33,816 bases of DNA from Candidatus Nitromaritima sp. (GCA_041938985.1 JBGTUV010000002.1:1-33816); one strand, 5' to 3'. Counted from the stretch's first letter, positions 18,013 through 26,660 are shown. A program made the numbers and translations. The notes: generated by a model from the letters alone, not told the origin.

Positions 18013-19200
18013 TTATAGGAGTTTAAATACCATATATCGTTTTTCATCTTCCTCTTCTTGTTCCAGTACGGGAAAATGCAGGCCTTCCTCTGTGACAAAA
18101 AAATTGTCCCAGATCTGTATTTGTTCATGAGGGAGTTTATAAGAGAATACGGCTTCTGTTTCCAAATCTAGAACAACTAAAGACAAGCCAATCAGCTCAG
18201 CAGTTTCTTTCTCTGTTTCTGCATCAATTATCCTTCGAGATCCATGTTTAAAAAGCCGATAAATGTATCTTCCATTTGGATCTATGGCCATTGTCAAATA
18301 GGTAGGTGATTGATCTGGATTAGGCCCAATACTTATCCCCCCTTCAAAGGTTTTAACAAGAGTATTGTCAAAATACTGCTGGATAGTGGATACTTCTAGA
18401 TCAGAATAGCCCGCATAATAGCTGGCAATCTTCTCATCTTTTCTAAAATGATAAATGCTGTCTCCTATCTCATAGCTGGTGTATAAGAGGTCACCATCTC
18501 TAACAATGTAAAAACCCATGTTTCTAATTCCACCGTTTTCGGCAGTAACCGTATTGTGAGCTAATATCTCGTCATAACCAGACACTAACTCGCGTTCATC
18601 CATATACACCTTTACCACCTCTTTAGATTTTATATCGTATACAACTCGCTTGAAATTGGGCTTTTGTTGGTCTGGCAATACTTGACTGAATCCACAATCC
18701 AATTGATCACCCCTTAGTTGAGTAGCTTGGTCAAGATGAAAGGTTTTTCTTTTAAAGAACCCAGATTGTGATGTTAATTCTGTTTTGTCTTTAACCACCC
18801 CAAACTTGTCAATTATAAAGTAGGCATCCAGATTCGTGGCAAAAATGCTGTCCCAATTTTGCACAAAATAACTCAGGTGACCATACCTTAGTGGCAATTG
18901 ATTAGGACCCTCTTGGTCAAGTACTATCTTATGCACTAGCACTCCTGAATCATAATGATAGGCATAGATGCTGTGATTTTTGCGGTTGAAGAAAGTAAAA
19001 TAAAGACTGTCATTCAGCTCAGTCAGGTTTGGCTGTAAGTACTCGAACGAGGTTTCATTGTCAAGCGCAAATATCTTATCTGTTTGCCGAGTTAATTGTG
19101 GCTTTATTGGCACTTCTCTCTGGGAATTATCAGGACCACAAGCTAAGTATAGCAAGAAACAGCTAATGCCCATAAATTTTAATTTGAAGCTCAAAGTCAA
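18013..19200 (-). CDS. DUF4221-like beta-propeller-type lipoprotein embedded in the RND operon
   Basis: 395 aa with lipobox LYLAC-G. The sequence is rich in aromatic and beta-strand residues. It shares the C-terminal block LSLVVLDLETEAVFSYKL with the paralogs at 21006, 30444 and 32116. Its start directly abuts the MFP stop (19200/19201). Confidence 0.7.
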   Translation of the reverse strand: MTLSFKLKFMGISCFLLYLACGPDNSQREVPIKPQLTRQTDKIFALDNETSFEYLQPNLTELNDSLYFTFFNRKNHSIYAYHYDSGVLVHKIVLDQEGPNQLPLRYGHLSYFVQNWDSIFATNLDAYFIIDKFGVVKDKTELTSQSGFFKRKTFHLDQATQLRGDQLDCGFSQVLPDQQKPNFKRVVYDIKSKEVVKVYMDERELVSGYDEILAHNTVTAENGGIRNMGFYIVRDGDLLYTSYEIGDSIYHFRKDEKIASYYAGYSDLEVSTIQQYFDNTLVKTFEGGISIGPNPDQSPTYLTMAIDPNGRYIYRLFKHGSRRIIDAETEKETAELIGLSLVVLDLETEAVFSYKLPHEQIQIWDNFFVTEEGLHFPVLEQEEEDEKRYMVFKLL

Positions 19201-20376
19201 TTAGTTTGAATTAAATACACCCTCGACTCTAGCATCATGGGCCAAATTTAAATTGCCAGATACAATTATAGAATCCCCTACTTTTAAACTCCCTGGTTTA
19301 AGCGCATAGTGAGAATTATTCTCAGCTATCACATCTACATAATTCCATTTTGCCGATCCGTTCTCATAGACAAACACCACCTCACGGTTAGAACGCAGCA
19401 CCAAAGCTTCTTTAGGAACTACAAAAACATTATCTAGAGGTTGGTTTATAAACACTTTGGCATTCATCCCGTCGTAAAGCCTGTTTCCAGCGTCTTCTAT
19501 AGCTGCGCGGATAGTGATAAGACCGTTCCCGTCTACTAAGGGGTTGACAGAAGTGATTAAACCAGTGTATGTAGCTTGGTCATCAGAAAACGGAACAACA
19601 TTTATCGCCTGCCCGATCGAAACAAAGTTAAATTCAGCTTCAAGCACAGCGAAAACAACATCCAGATTTTGCTGTTCGACCAAGGTACAAAACGCATCTG
19701 CTGAGGTTATATAATCACCTGCTCGGGTTTCAAGGTTGGCCACAAGGCCTGAAAAAGGAGCGCGGACATAGGTCTGTCCTAATTGTAATTTTGCCTCGTT
19801 TAAAGCATTGGCGGCCTCTTGCATTCCAGATCTTAGTTTTAAATTCTTTAAAACCTCATCAGGAATATTGTCTAGTCCGTTCATAGAAGCCCCGTAATTG
19901 ATCTTATCTTCTTCAAATTGGGCTTTGGCCTTATCGAGCTGAATTTGAGCCTTATCTACTGCATTGATCTGTATGGCATTGTCTAATTGGGCCAATAGCT
20001 GGCCCTTGATCACTCTTTGGCCGTTACGCACATTGATTGTAGCGATCTGCCCATTGATCTCGAACCTAAGCTCACTTTTCTGTCTTGATTCAATTTTACC
20101 ATTCGATATCAACTGTTTATCAAAAACTTGCTGTTCTAACGCTACAATTTGTACTTGCGGAGCACTTTTGTCGAAGTTAGAAAGCTGTTCTTCCTGGATT
20201 GCAGCATTGGGGTCATTCTTACAACTACTGACCAAAAGTAAACCTGCAATATAGCATGTACTTATTGTGATACGAGATGGAATCAAAGATCCATAAAAAT
20301 TGAACATGGGGCTGATCTTCATTTTAGGCAACTTAAGAAGAGTAATAATTACACTTGGTAATTCGCCCATTAACAA
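19201..20376 (-). CDS. RND efflux periplasmic adaptor (membrane fusion protein, HlyD family)
   Basis: Lipoyl-hairpin-like GQIATINVRNGQRVIKGQLLAQLD, a coiled-coil segment, and YVRAPFSGLVANL. The ORF-track start is a TTG. A more likely start is the ATG at 20322 (MKISPMF..., lipobox LLVSSC). Confidence 0.85.
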   Translation of the reverse strand: MLMGELPSVIITLLKLPKMKISPMFNFYGSLIPSRITISTCYIAGLLLVSSCKNDPNAAIQEEQLSNFDKSAPQVQIVALEQQVFDKQLISNGKIESRQKSELRFEINGQIATINVRNGQRVIKGQLLAQLDNAIQINAVDKAQIQLDKAKAQFEEDKINYGASMNGLDNIPDEVLKNLKLRSGMQEAANALNEAKLQLGQTYVRAPFSGLVANLETRAGDYITSADAFCTLVEQQNLDVVFAVLEAEFNFVSIGQAINVVPFSDDQATYTGLITSVNPLVDGNGLITIRAAIEDAGNRLYDGMNAKVFINQPLDNVFVVPKEALVLRSNREVVFVYENGSAKWNYVDVIAENNSHYALKPGSLKVGDSIIVSGNLNLAHDARVEGVFNSN

Positions 20377-20545
20377 CTTGACAGGGGAGGAGAATAAAGG
20401 TTAACAGACAAAGTACCAAGATAAGAAGTTTCATGTTATCACTCAAAAGTTAATTGATTTCCTCTCAGCTTAAAGCTAATAACAAAACGTCCGTTCGGAA
20501 ATTAGAAAGTATAAATTTAAAACTAGACCTTATTGCGGGCTCAGC

Positions 20546-21031
20546 TTATCTACCTCTTAGTTGTTGAGCAAATCTATCAAAGTTCTCCGCTAGGTTAAAG
20601 TAAAAAAACTGACTCAACCTGCCCTCTTCATACTTAAAGAAATAAACCATGGAATTTTTGTAAAAACTAGTATTCACCACTTCAAATCTCTTGTCATAGA
20701 TGATATTATATTTGCCCCTTAAAGCATCGTTTAAGAAGAAATTAGCTTCTTTTTTGGTTTTGGAACTCATTACCAAATAGACAGAAGGATCCCCTCTAAA
20801 AGTCTGTGCTTCCAGTAATCCTTTTATTTTCTCTAGACAGCTTGGACAAATATCCATTGGCAATACCAAATAAATTTCGTTTTGACCACTAATTTCCTGC
20901 CCCGATATATGGTTCAAATAACTCTCGAAATCGGCAGCTATATCGGAATATGCACCAGTCTGCTTACAGGCTAAAAAGAACAGAAGAACAAGACCCCAAA
21001 AAGCCTTAGTCAGATATTTTCGCGTATTCAT
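20546..21031 (-). CDS. CxxC-motif lipoprotein (thioredoxin-like?), paralog A
   Basis: The ORF is open to 21070. The Met at 21031 gives a clean lipoprotein signal (MNTRKYLTKAFWGLVLLFFLAC). The CPSC motif sits in IYLVLPMDICPSCLEK. It is a paralog of 30017-30481 and overlaps the upstream gene's 3' end. Confidence 0.65.
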   Translation of the reverse strand: MNTRKYLTKAFWGLVLLFFLACKQTGAYSDIAADFESYLNHISGQEISGQNEIYLVLPMDICPSCLEKIKGLLEAQTFRGDPSVYLVMSSKTKKEANFFLNDALRGKYNIIYDKRFEVVNTSFYKNSMVYFFKYEEGRLSQFFYFNLAENFDRFAQQLRGR

Positions 21032-22151
21032 AGACCTCGTATTGGAAGGCGTCCTCATCAAAATTATCATTGTTGGGATTGTTTAATGATAGATAAAGAG
21101 CATCGTTGCTAATAAATGAACAACCCAAATTGTATGTGCTGGCCTCGAAACGGTGCTCAGAAATTTTGTCAAGACTCTCATCAAGGACTAATATCACGAA
21201 AGGCTTGGAATGCATATCGTTCAGGTTACCAGAATCTGGATCAACCAAAGGAACTCCTAATGAAATAAACATGAAATAACGCTTCTGCTTTGGGTTGTAT
21301 AGCAATTTCTTATTCTGAAAAGCCTCTATATGAAAATTCATAATTCTTTCATAGTCGTTCATATGTATATACTTTTCAAAATAATCGCTCTTAAACTCTT
21401 TCGATTCCAATTTCCCATTCTTATACCAGTAAACTTTGTCACTAGTCGGAAAAGTAAACACAATACCTTTTTCTGCAGATGAAGTAACAATAGGAGTTAA
21501 ATGTCCAGGATAACGAACAGGTTGCACATAATCCAGTTCATATTTCAGCGGAAGTGCTGACAACTTGCGGGAAGCGATATTAATCCGACCAAAAAGGGGG
21601 TCATTTACTGCCATTTTCATATTCCTAGAATTCAAATTTCTCGGAAACACCACGAAGGTTAATTCCTTGTTATCGAATATTCCTGAATTAGTACCCATTA
21701 ATAAATGGACTTGGCCCAGCTCGAGATCCGGATTGGCATCTCGAAATTTGATTTGATCGTAGATTTCTCCGCTTTCTGTGGTAAAATATAGTGTTTGATT
21801 GTAAGGCCCCAGAAAGAAGATTGTGTCCTTGTTATGATAATAGAAATGTCCATTACCCAAAGTATTATCTCCTCCTTCGACCTTAGTGTTAGCAAGGCGT
21901 CTTAATTTCTGACTAACCAGATCTAATTCTATTAATGACTTGTCGTTCTTGTTCGTATTTGAAATAATTAATTTTTCTTCTTCCGGCAGGTATTGATGCC
22001 TGAGATAATAGGGAGAAGTCTGCGAATCGATACTATAACGAACCGTCGTTTTTAAATTTAAAGTGTAATTGCCCTTTGATGATTGCTCAATACTCTCTGA
22101 TTTACAACCGCACAAAAAGACAAGAACAAAAAGTAATAGTTGAAATTTCAT
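21006..22151 (-). CDS. DUF4221-like beta-propeller-type lipoprotein
   Basis: 381 aa with lipobox VFLCGC. It has the length and composition typical of Bacteroidota DUF4221 lipoproteins. C-terminal block FVILVLDESLDKISEHRF. Confidence 0.7.
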   Translation of the reverse strand: MKFQLLLFVLVFLCGCKSESIEQSSKGNYTLNLKTTVRYSIDSQTSPYYLRHQYLPEEEKLIISNTNKNDKSLIELDLVSQKLRRLANTKVEGGDNTLGNGHFYYHNKDTIFFLGPYNQTLYFTTESGEIYDQIKFRDANPDLELGQVHLLMGTNSGIFDNKELTFVVFPRNLNSRNMKMAVNDPLFGRINIASRKLSALPLKYELDYVQPVRYPGHLTPIVTSSAEKGIVFTFPTSDKVYWYKNGKLESKEFKSDYFEKYIHMNDYERIMNFHIEAFQNKKLLYNPKQKRYFMFISLGVPLVDPDSGNLNDMHSKPFVILVLDESLDKISEHRFEASTYNLGCSFISNDALYLSLNNPNNDNFDEDAFQYEVYEYAKISD

Positions 22152-22154
22152 AGC

Positions 22155-22182
22155 AAAAAAAACGCATATGTAATACTATGCG
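22155..22182 (-). terminator. weak hairpin plus T8 tract directly after small peptide gene
   Basis: Stem CGCATA/TATGCG (22163-22168 / 22177-22182) with an 8-nt loop. On the minus strand it is followed by TTTTTTTT, which ends 3 nt before the next ATG (22151). Confidence 0.4.
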
Positions 22183-22210
22183 CTTATTTTCTTAATTTAA
22201 TAAGGCCTTA

Positions 22211-22405
22211 TCAATTCGTTTCGATAATAACTGGGTCTAAGCCAATGCAATTTACCCAAAAGTCGATGCAAAAATCATGTCCAGCCATTAGAAACATGTC
22301 AAAAACAGGTTCATCTTGGGCAATGGCTTTCTCAGGGCTAGTAAAAATGGCTACACTTGCAAGTAATCCCATTCCAACAGCTAAGTTTCTCATTTTTCTT
22401 TTCAT
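22211..22405 (-). CDS. small secreted peptide, 2 Cys (P4)
   Basis: 64 aa. Sec-type signal MKRKMRNLAVGMGLLASVAIFTSPEKAIA, then an acidic/hydrophobic ~35-aa tail with C-x6-C (DFCIDFWVNCIG). It leads an operon and shares upstream elements with 31687-31920. Confidence 0.55.
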   Translation of the reverse strand: MKRKMRNLAVGMGLLASVAIFTSPEKAIAQDEPVFDMFLMAGHDFCIDFWVNCIGLDPVIIETN

Positions 22406-22505
22406 AAGTTTGTATTTAAACCCTACCTACTCTCTTTTGGCTTTTCGGTATCCGCCTATAATATCATAAGATAGATGGAAGTTAAGAATAAGTACCTTAT
22501 AAAAG

Positions 22506-22522
22506 TTGCGCTAAAAGTGCAA
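22506..22522 (-). promoter_or_regulatory. shared 17-nt motif TTGCAC-N5-GCGCAA (copy upstream of P4)
   Basis: The minus strand reads TTGCACTTTTAGCGCAA. It lies ~100 nt upstream of the P4 ATG and 14 nt after the signal peptidase stop. Confidence 0.6.
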
Positions 22523-22535
22523 TTGACAATTCATA

Positions 22536-23588
22536 TCAGCGGATAATTTTAACTACTTTTCCTTGAAGAAAATTAAACGGTACTACTCCAAAATTACGAG
22601 AATCAATTGAGCCATCTCGGTTGTCGCCTAAGACGAAAACATAGTCCTGCTTAAATGTATGCAAATTAGTTTCATTGCCAGAAGGAACAGGAGTTTGCCA
22701 ATCCTCAAAATTCTCTAGGATATACTTGTAGAGTGGATAATTCTCCTTATTGATTAGCACAGTCAGACCTTCCCCAGGAACTATAAGAGGTCCATAATTA
22801 TTCGCATCCCAATTTGGGTGTTGACTCCCTCCCAGCAGGCGGGAACCTTTTGTAATTGTGTCCGGACCAATGCTTAGGTTCTTATTTGCCTCCTCGTTCA
22901 CAAATACCCGATATTCTGAATTTGATAAATTTCTTATTGACCTCTTTCCCAGAGTGTTGGTGACAAGATAGTTTTTGCAGTATTGCTCTTTATCGGGAAG
23001 TAGGCTGCCATTTATTGAAACTTGCCCATTTGCTATTAGAAGGGTGTCTGTGGGTAAACCAACGATTCTTTTTACATAATACTTATCGATTTGGTCAATA
23101 GCCTTAAAAACGACAATATCCTCTCTTTGATAATCTTTAAAGGGATTCAATGAAGTAAAGGGTTGGAAGTTTATCGTGTCTACATGAGATTTAAATAAAT
23201 TACCAAAAACAGGGATCTCTTTCCAACTTCTGGGTATACGAGAACCGTAGGCTACCTTGTTGGTAAGAACATATTCTCCTTTAGAAATAGTTCTTTCCAT
23301 GGAGGCTGTCGGCACGTAGTAGTAGTCAAAAAATAAAGTACGTATTAACACAGCAAATAGTACGGGTGTCGCAATGTAAAACAGAAGCGATATTAATTTT
23401 AAAACAATGGATGGAAGCCGAGGTCTTAGAATAGAATACAGATAGCCCGTAGTAACAAAATCGAATACAATCAACAAAAAGATAAACACCAATACGAGCC
23501 GCGACCAGACTAAAAATACAAGGCTAACTACCACGAGCAAAACGAAAATGATCTTTCTGCCTGGGTTTATATTTGATGCTTCTGGCAA
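22536..23588 (-). CDS. lepB: signal peptidase I (S26 family) with extended multi-TM N-terminus
   Basis: 350 aa. Catalytic Ser context PTASMERTI, Lys context YVKRIVGLPTD, and box E GDNRDGSIDSRNFG. There is no in-frame ATG upstream of the catalytic Ser, so a TTG start at 23588 is inferred. About 95 aa of hydrophobic N-terminal extension. Confidence 0.85.
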   Translation of the reverse strand: MPEASNINPGRKIIFVLLVVVSLVFLVWSRLVLVFIFLLIVFDFVTTGYLYSILRPRLPSIVLKLISLLFYIATPVLFAVLIRTLFFDYYYVPTASMERTISKGEYVLTNKVAYGSRIPRSWKEIPVFGNLFKSHVDTINFQPFTSLNPFKDYQREDIVVFKAIDQIDKYYVKRIVGLPTDTLLIANGQVSINGSLLPDKEQYCKNYLVTNTLGKRSIRNLSNSEYRVFVNEEANKNLSIGPDTITKGSRLLGGSQHPNWDANNYGPLIVPGEGLTVLINKENYPLYKYILENFEDWQTPVPSGNETNLHTFKQDYVFVLGDNRDGSIDSRNFGVVPFNFLQGKVVKIIR

Positions 23589-23633
23589 GCTGAAAAATAT
23601 TATTTATTAAATGAACTTATACCTTTTTTTGGC

Positions 23634-24041
23634 TCAACAGATCGTACCTCTCATAATTAACAAAAGGACCACCTTTGACTTTTCAAAATAGACATTGGCT
23701 TTTTGCTCAAAAAAGCCAGTGATTTCATTATTGTACTGTAAGGTAATGAAAGTTCTCTGCCCCGGTTTGATCGGGCTAGAATCCCAGTCGATAACTGTAC
23801 AATCACAGTCAGCATCAATAGATTCTATTCGAATTGGATTAGTTCCATCGTTTGTGATCTCGAAGGTAGCTTTAGATTCACCGCTCTGAGCAACTCTACC
23901 AATATCAATTATATTTTCCTTCAAGGTTGCCTTTACTTCAACAGGTGCATCTTCCTTTTTTAACCATATATTATATGCCTTAATACCCGAAAGGGACAAA
24001 AGAATTACAAGCGCTACCGTCCATATAATCTTTTCTTTCAT
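23634..24041 (-). CDS. DUF1573-like protein
   Basis: 135 aa with an N-terminal TM/signal anchor. Typical DUF1573 pattern: IDIGRV..G....TFEITNDGTNPIRIESIDADCDCT..DW...IKPGQ...ITLQY. Confidence 0.75.
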   Translation of the reverse strand: MKEKIIWTVALVILLSLSGIKAYNIWLKKEDAPVEVKATLKENIIDIGRVAQSGESKATFEITNDGTNPIRIESIDADCDCTVIDWDSSPIKPGQRTFITLQYNNEITGFFEQKANVYFEKSKVVLLLIMRGTIC

Positions 24042-24050
24042 TGGGTTGGA

Positions 24051-25229
24051 TCAATTGAAGTTATAAAAAAACAGTAGGTCGCTGTTCTCGTAATTCAAAG
24101 AGTCTAAGGCTGGTAACAAGTCGGGGTTTATATTCTGCAATACACCAGTAAATTCATCACTGAGTTCTTTGTAGATTTCAAAGCGCTCAAATTGTAAACC
24201 GCTGATGTATTCGCTGGTACTACTTTTACCCACAGGTATTTCCAAAAATCGCAGTGTGAGGTCGTCGGCCTTATTTTGAGGAATATAGGTTTTATCGGCA
24301 TCCTTGAAATAATAAGCCAGATTATACATACTCTCGTTTATAAAAGAGAATGCTATCATATTCGAATCCACATAGTACTTATTGGTTAAATATGCCACAT
24401 CTCTGGCATTGGTTTTTGCGTCAAAACCAGGAAGATCGAACTTTTGTTCTTCTGGCCAGGTTTTTGGCCCAAAATTAAAGCGGTATACGGGTGTGAAATT
24501 GAGTTCATTATCCAGAGAAAGAATAACTGAAGAAGACTTGTAAGTGAAATACACCTTATCTGCCGATTTATTCATGCCTCCAGACAATCCAAAACTTTTG
24601 TAATCATCATAGTCATCAGGATATTTCCCGAAATAGCCAGTAGGAGTTCCAGTTTTTGTGTCTACTATTTTTATAGCGTATTGACCAGGTTCTATATAGC
24701 CGATGGAACAGGCCAGTACGTTGGGCGCTAAAACCGAGAGTGATTCTGGGTAGAATCCTTTAAAATCAACCTTTCGCACAAAATCGTTTTTTGAATTGTA
24801 AATCGTCAAACGAATTTGTGCATCTAGAATGATGATCTCATCATTCTTCTTATCAATATCGAAATCAAAGATAGATTCATATTCCTTTGGGCCACCACCT
24901 CGGATGCCTACTTTATTTAGAAACTTACCACTCTGGTCAAATACGAGGATATTCGATTTTTTCTTATCAAGAACAAAAAATTTATTCTTGTGTTCAATTA
25001 CTTTGTCTATGCTCGCCAAGGCATCTATTTCCGCTATTTCCATTAATGGAATGAATCTACTCTCACCAAATAGCGAAGCTAGGCGTACTTCTAAGTTCTT
25101 TTCGGCCTGGGTAATGTCAATTAATGAGGCTTGTTGATAATCTATGTGATCCTCTTTTTCAACACAACTTACCGAGAACAATAGCATAAAACAAATAAGA
25201 ATTTGAGGCAGCATTCTTTTCATAACCAT
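24051..25229 (-). CDS. six-bladed beta-propeller-type lipoprotein (BF3164-like)
   Basis: 392 aa with lipobox LFSVSC. Motifs typical of the Bacteroidota TolB-like propeller lipoprotein family (IPLMEI..., FFVLDKKKSNILVFDQSGKFLNKVGIRGGGPKEY). Confidence 0.7.
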   Translation of the reverse strand: MVMKRMLPQILICFMLLFSVSCVEKEDHIDYQQASLIDITQAEKNLEVRLASLFGESRFIPLMEIAEIDALASIDKVIEHKNKFFVLDKKKSNILVFDQSGKFLNKVGIRGGGPKEYESIFDFDIDKKNDEIIILDAQIRLTIYNSKNDFVRKVDFKGFYPESLSVLAPNVLACSIGYIEPGQYAIKIVDTKTGTPTGYFGKYPDDYDDYKSFGLSGGMNKSADKVYFTYKSSSVILSLDNELNFTPVYRFNFGPKTWPEEQKFDLPGFDAKTNARDVAYLTNKYYVDSNMIAFSFINESMYNLAYYFKDADKTYIPQNKADDLTLRFLEIPVGKSSTSEYISGLQFERFEIYKELSDEFTGVLQNINPDLLPALDSLNYENSDLLFFYNFN

Positions 25230-25336
25230 TTACGAATTCCGTGAAACATTAAATGTAATGAGATTAAATACAATAAATAAAGTAGCGCAGTCCATAAAGG
25301 GCCGACACTACTTAGCTATTCAGGTTTTAGTTTTTA

Positions 25337-25561
25337 CTACTGATTCGTTCCATCAGGGCAAGGGTTTGGAGCACAATTACCTCCGCCTTGTACACATAGA
25401 GTTCCGATAGATGCATAGAAACCTTCGTTATTGAAACAAGGAATTTCCATAATCTTCTTCACAGGTCCTATTACACTAGCATCCGATTGAAAATAGCCGT
25501 AAAAACTCAACGAAAATGCCGACACCGCTGCTACGACAGTTAATAATTTTAGTTTTTTCAT
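25337..25561 (-). CDS. small secreted 4-Cys peptide (P2)
   Basis: 74 aa. Signal MKKLKLLTVVAAVSAFSLSF.... The mature part has C-x13-C-x6-C-x4-C and ends CVQGGGNCAPNPCPDGTNQ. Paralog of P1. Confidence 0.7.
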   Translation of the reverse strand: MKKLKLLTVVAAVSAFSLSFYGYFQSDASVIGPVKKIMEIPCFNNEGFYASIGTLCVQGGGNCAPNPCPDGTNQ

Positions 25562-25578
25562 GAATATTAGTTTTAGGA

Positions 25579-25800
25579 TTAATTATTGTTTTCGTCGCCG
25601 CATGGATTTGGAACACAATAACCTTCGCCTTGGATACATTCGGCTCCTGATCCAGTTAATCTTCCAGCTGCATCTCTGCAGTCAATTTGATTAATTTTTT
25701 TTGCCTCTGTAAACGATGCTTCTGCCGAGGTGGTATTAACCAGACTCAAACATGTAAAGGCCACTCCTGCAGCTAGGGTGAATAATTTTAGTTTTCTCAT
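25579..25800 (-). CDS. small secreted 4-Cys peptide (P1)
   Basis: 73 aa. Signal MRKLKLFTLAAGVAFTCLSLVNTTSA. The mature part has identical spacing C-x13-C-x6-C-x4-C and ends CIQGEGYCVPNPCGDENNN. Confidence 0.7.
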   Translation of the reverse strand: MRKLKLFTLAAGVAFTCLSLVNTTSAEASFTEAKKINQIDCRDAAGRLTGSGAECIQGEGYCVPNPCGDENNN

Positions 25801-25864
25801 GATCTCGTGATTACGGAATTAATCTTTTTGTTTTTCAAGAATATTGAAAGAAACGCGATAAATT

Positions 25865-25881
25865 TTGCGCATATAGTGCAA
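25865..25881 (-). promoter_or_regulatory. shared 17-nt motif TTGCAC-N5-GCGCAA (copy upstream of P1)
   Basis: The minus strand reads TTGCACTATATGCGCAA, ~64 nt upstream of the P1 ATG. Confidence 0.6.
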
Positions 25882-25985
25882 ATATGTTTTTTGGAACGAA
25901 ATTTCTCGGCTGATATCTTTTGATCGGAATTTTAAAAAGAACAACTGTTCTGTGTGAGAATACCTCAACGGAAATTTTAGAGCAA

Positions 25986-26660
25986 CTAAATAATACCCAT
26001 AGATTTAGCCTTTAAGATAAGGGCTCGGTTGCTTTGATCTAAAACCCCAAGCTTTTCTTTAAGCCGCTTTTTACGATACTCTATAGCTCGTTTAGATAGC
26101 AGCAAAGACGCTCTCATTTCTTTATTCGTTGAGCCTTGGTTTAACTCGTTGAGCATTTTTAGGTCGGTTTTATCCATACCTAGTTCCTTTAAGGGATTTT
26201 TATTGAGATAGGCTGTTGTACTTTGGCAATAATAATTGCCGCCAGTAACCACGGCCGCTATAGCACGATCTATCTCCCATGCTTTGATACTGCTCTTTAC
26301 TAAGCAACCCTTGGGATTGAGCTCTGCAAAAATACGGTGCAGGTGCCACCAGGAATAATTTGCTGTAGCCACAATAAGCGGCGTTTCACTGTATTGCTTA
26401 AGTAGCAGGTTTCCCACATCGATACCGTTGAATAAATTGTATTGTGAACTGGCGGGAATTCGAAGATCCAAAATCACCAGATCAAATGGGGTTACGCTTT
26501 TGGATATATAGAAATAAGCTTTCTCACAATTATTGGCTTCATAAACACTAAGAACCTTTTGAGCTTGCTGGACGTAACTCTCTAGTTTAGATACGTAAAC
26601 ATTACGCACAAGAGGTTCGTCCTCTACCAATAGTACTCTGAAAGGCTTGTACATAGACAA
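25986..26660 (-). CDS. LuxR/NarL-family response regulator (orphan)
   Basis: 224 aa. Receiver (RVLLVEDEP, DLVILDLRIP) plus a C-terminal GerE-type HTH (LNELNQGSTNKEMRASLLLSKRAIEYRKKRLKEKLGV). No adjacent histidine kinase. Confidence 0.88.
   Translation of the reverse strand: MSMYKPFRVLLVEDEPLVRNVYVSKLESYVQQAQKVLSVYEANNCEKAYFYISKSVTPFDLVILDLRIPASSQYNLFNGIDVGNLLLKQYSETPLIVATANYSWWHLHRIFAELNPKGCLVKSSIKAWEIDRAIAAVVTGGNYYCQSTTAYLNKNPLKELGMDKTDLKMLNELNQGSTNKEMRASLLLSKRAIEYRKKRLKEKLGVLDQSNRALILKAKSMGII

Noticed and set aside
20333-20434. 33-aa signal-peptide-like ORF (MKLLILVLCLLTFILLPCQVVNGRITKCNYYSS) upstream of and overlapping the MFP gene's 5' region
   Set aside because: It is tempting as a fifth small Cys peptide, but it is very short and overlaps the extended MFP ORF. 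It lacks the 17-nt upstream motif, the conserved leader and the following hairpin seen with P1-P4. I cannot support it from sequence alone.
25230-25336. Terminator hairpin after P2, analogous to those after P3 and P4
   Set aside because: Only an imperfect, interrupted stem (AGTAG...CTACT with mismatched interior) followed by a T-rich stretch is present. This is too weak to call.
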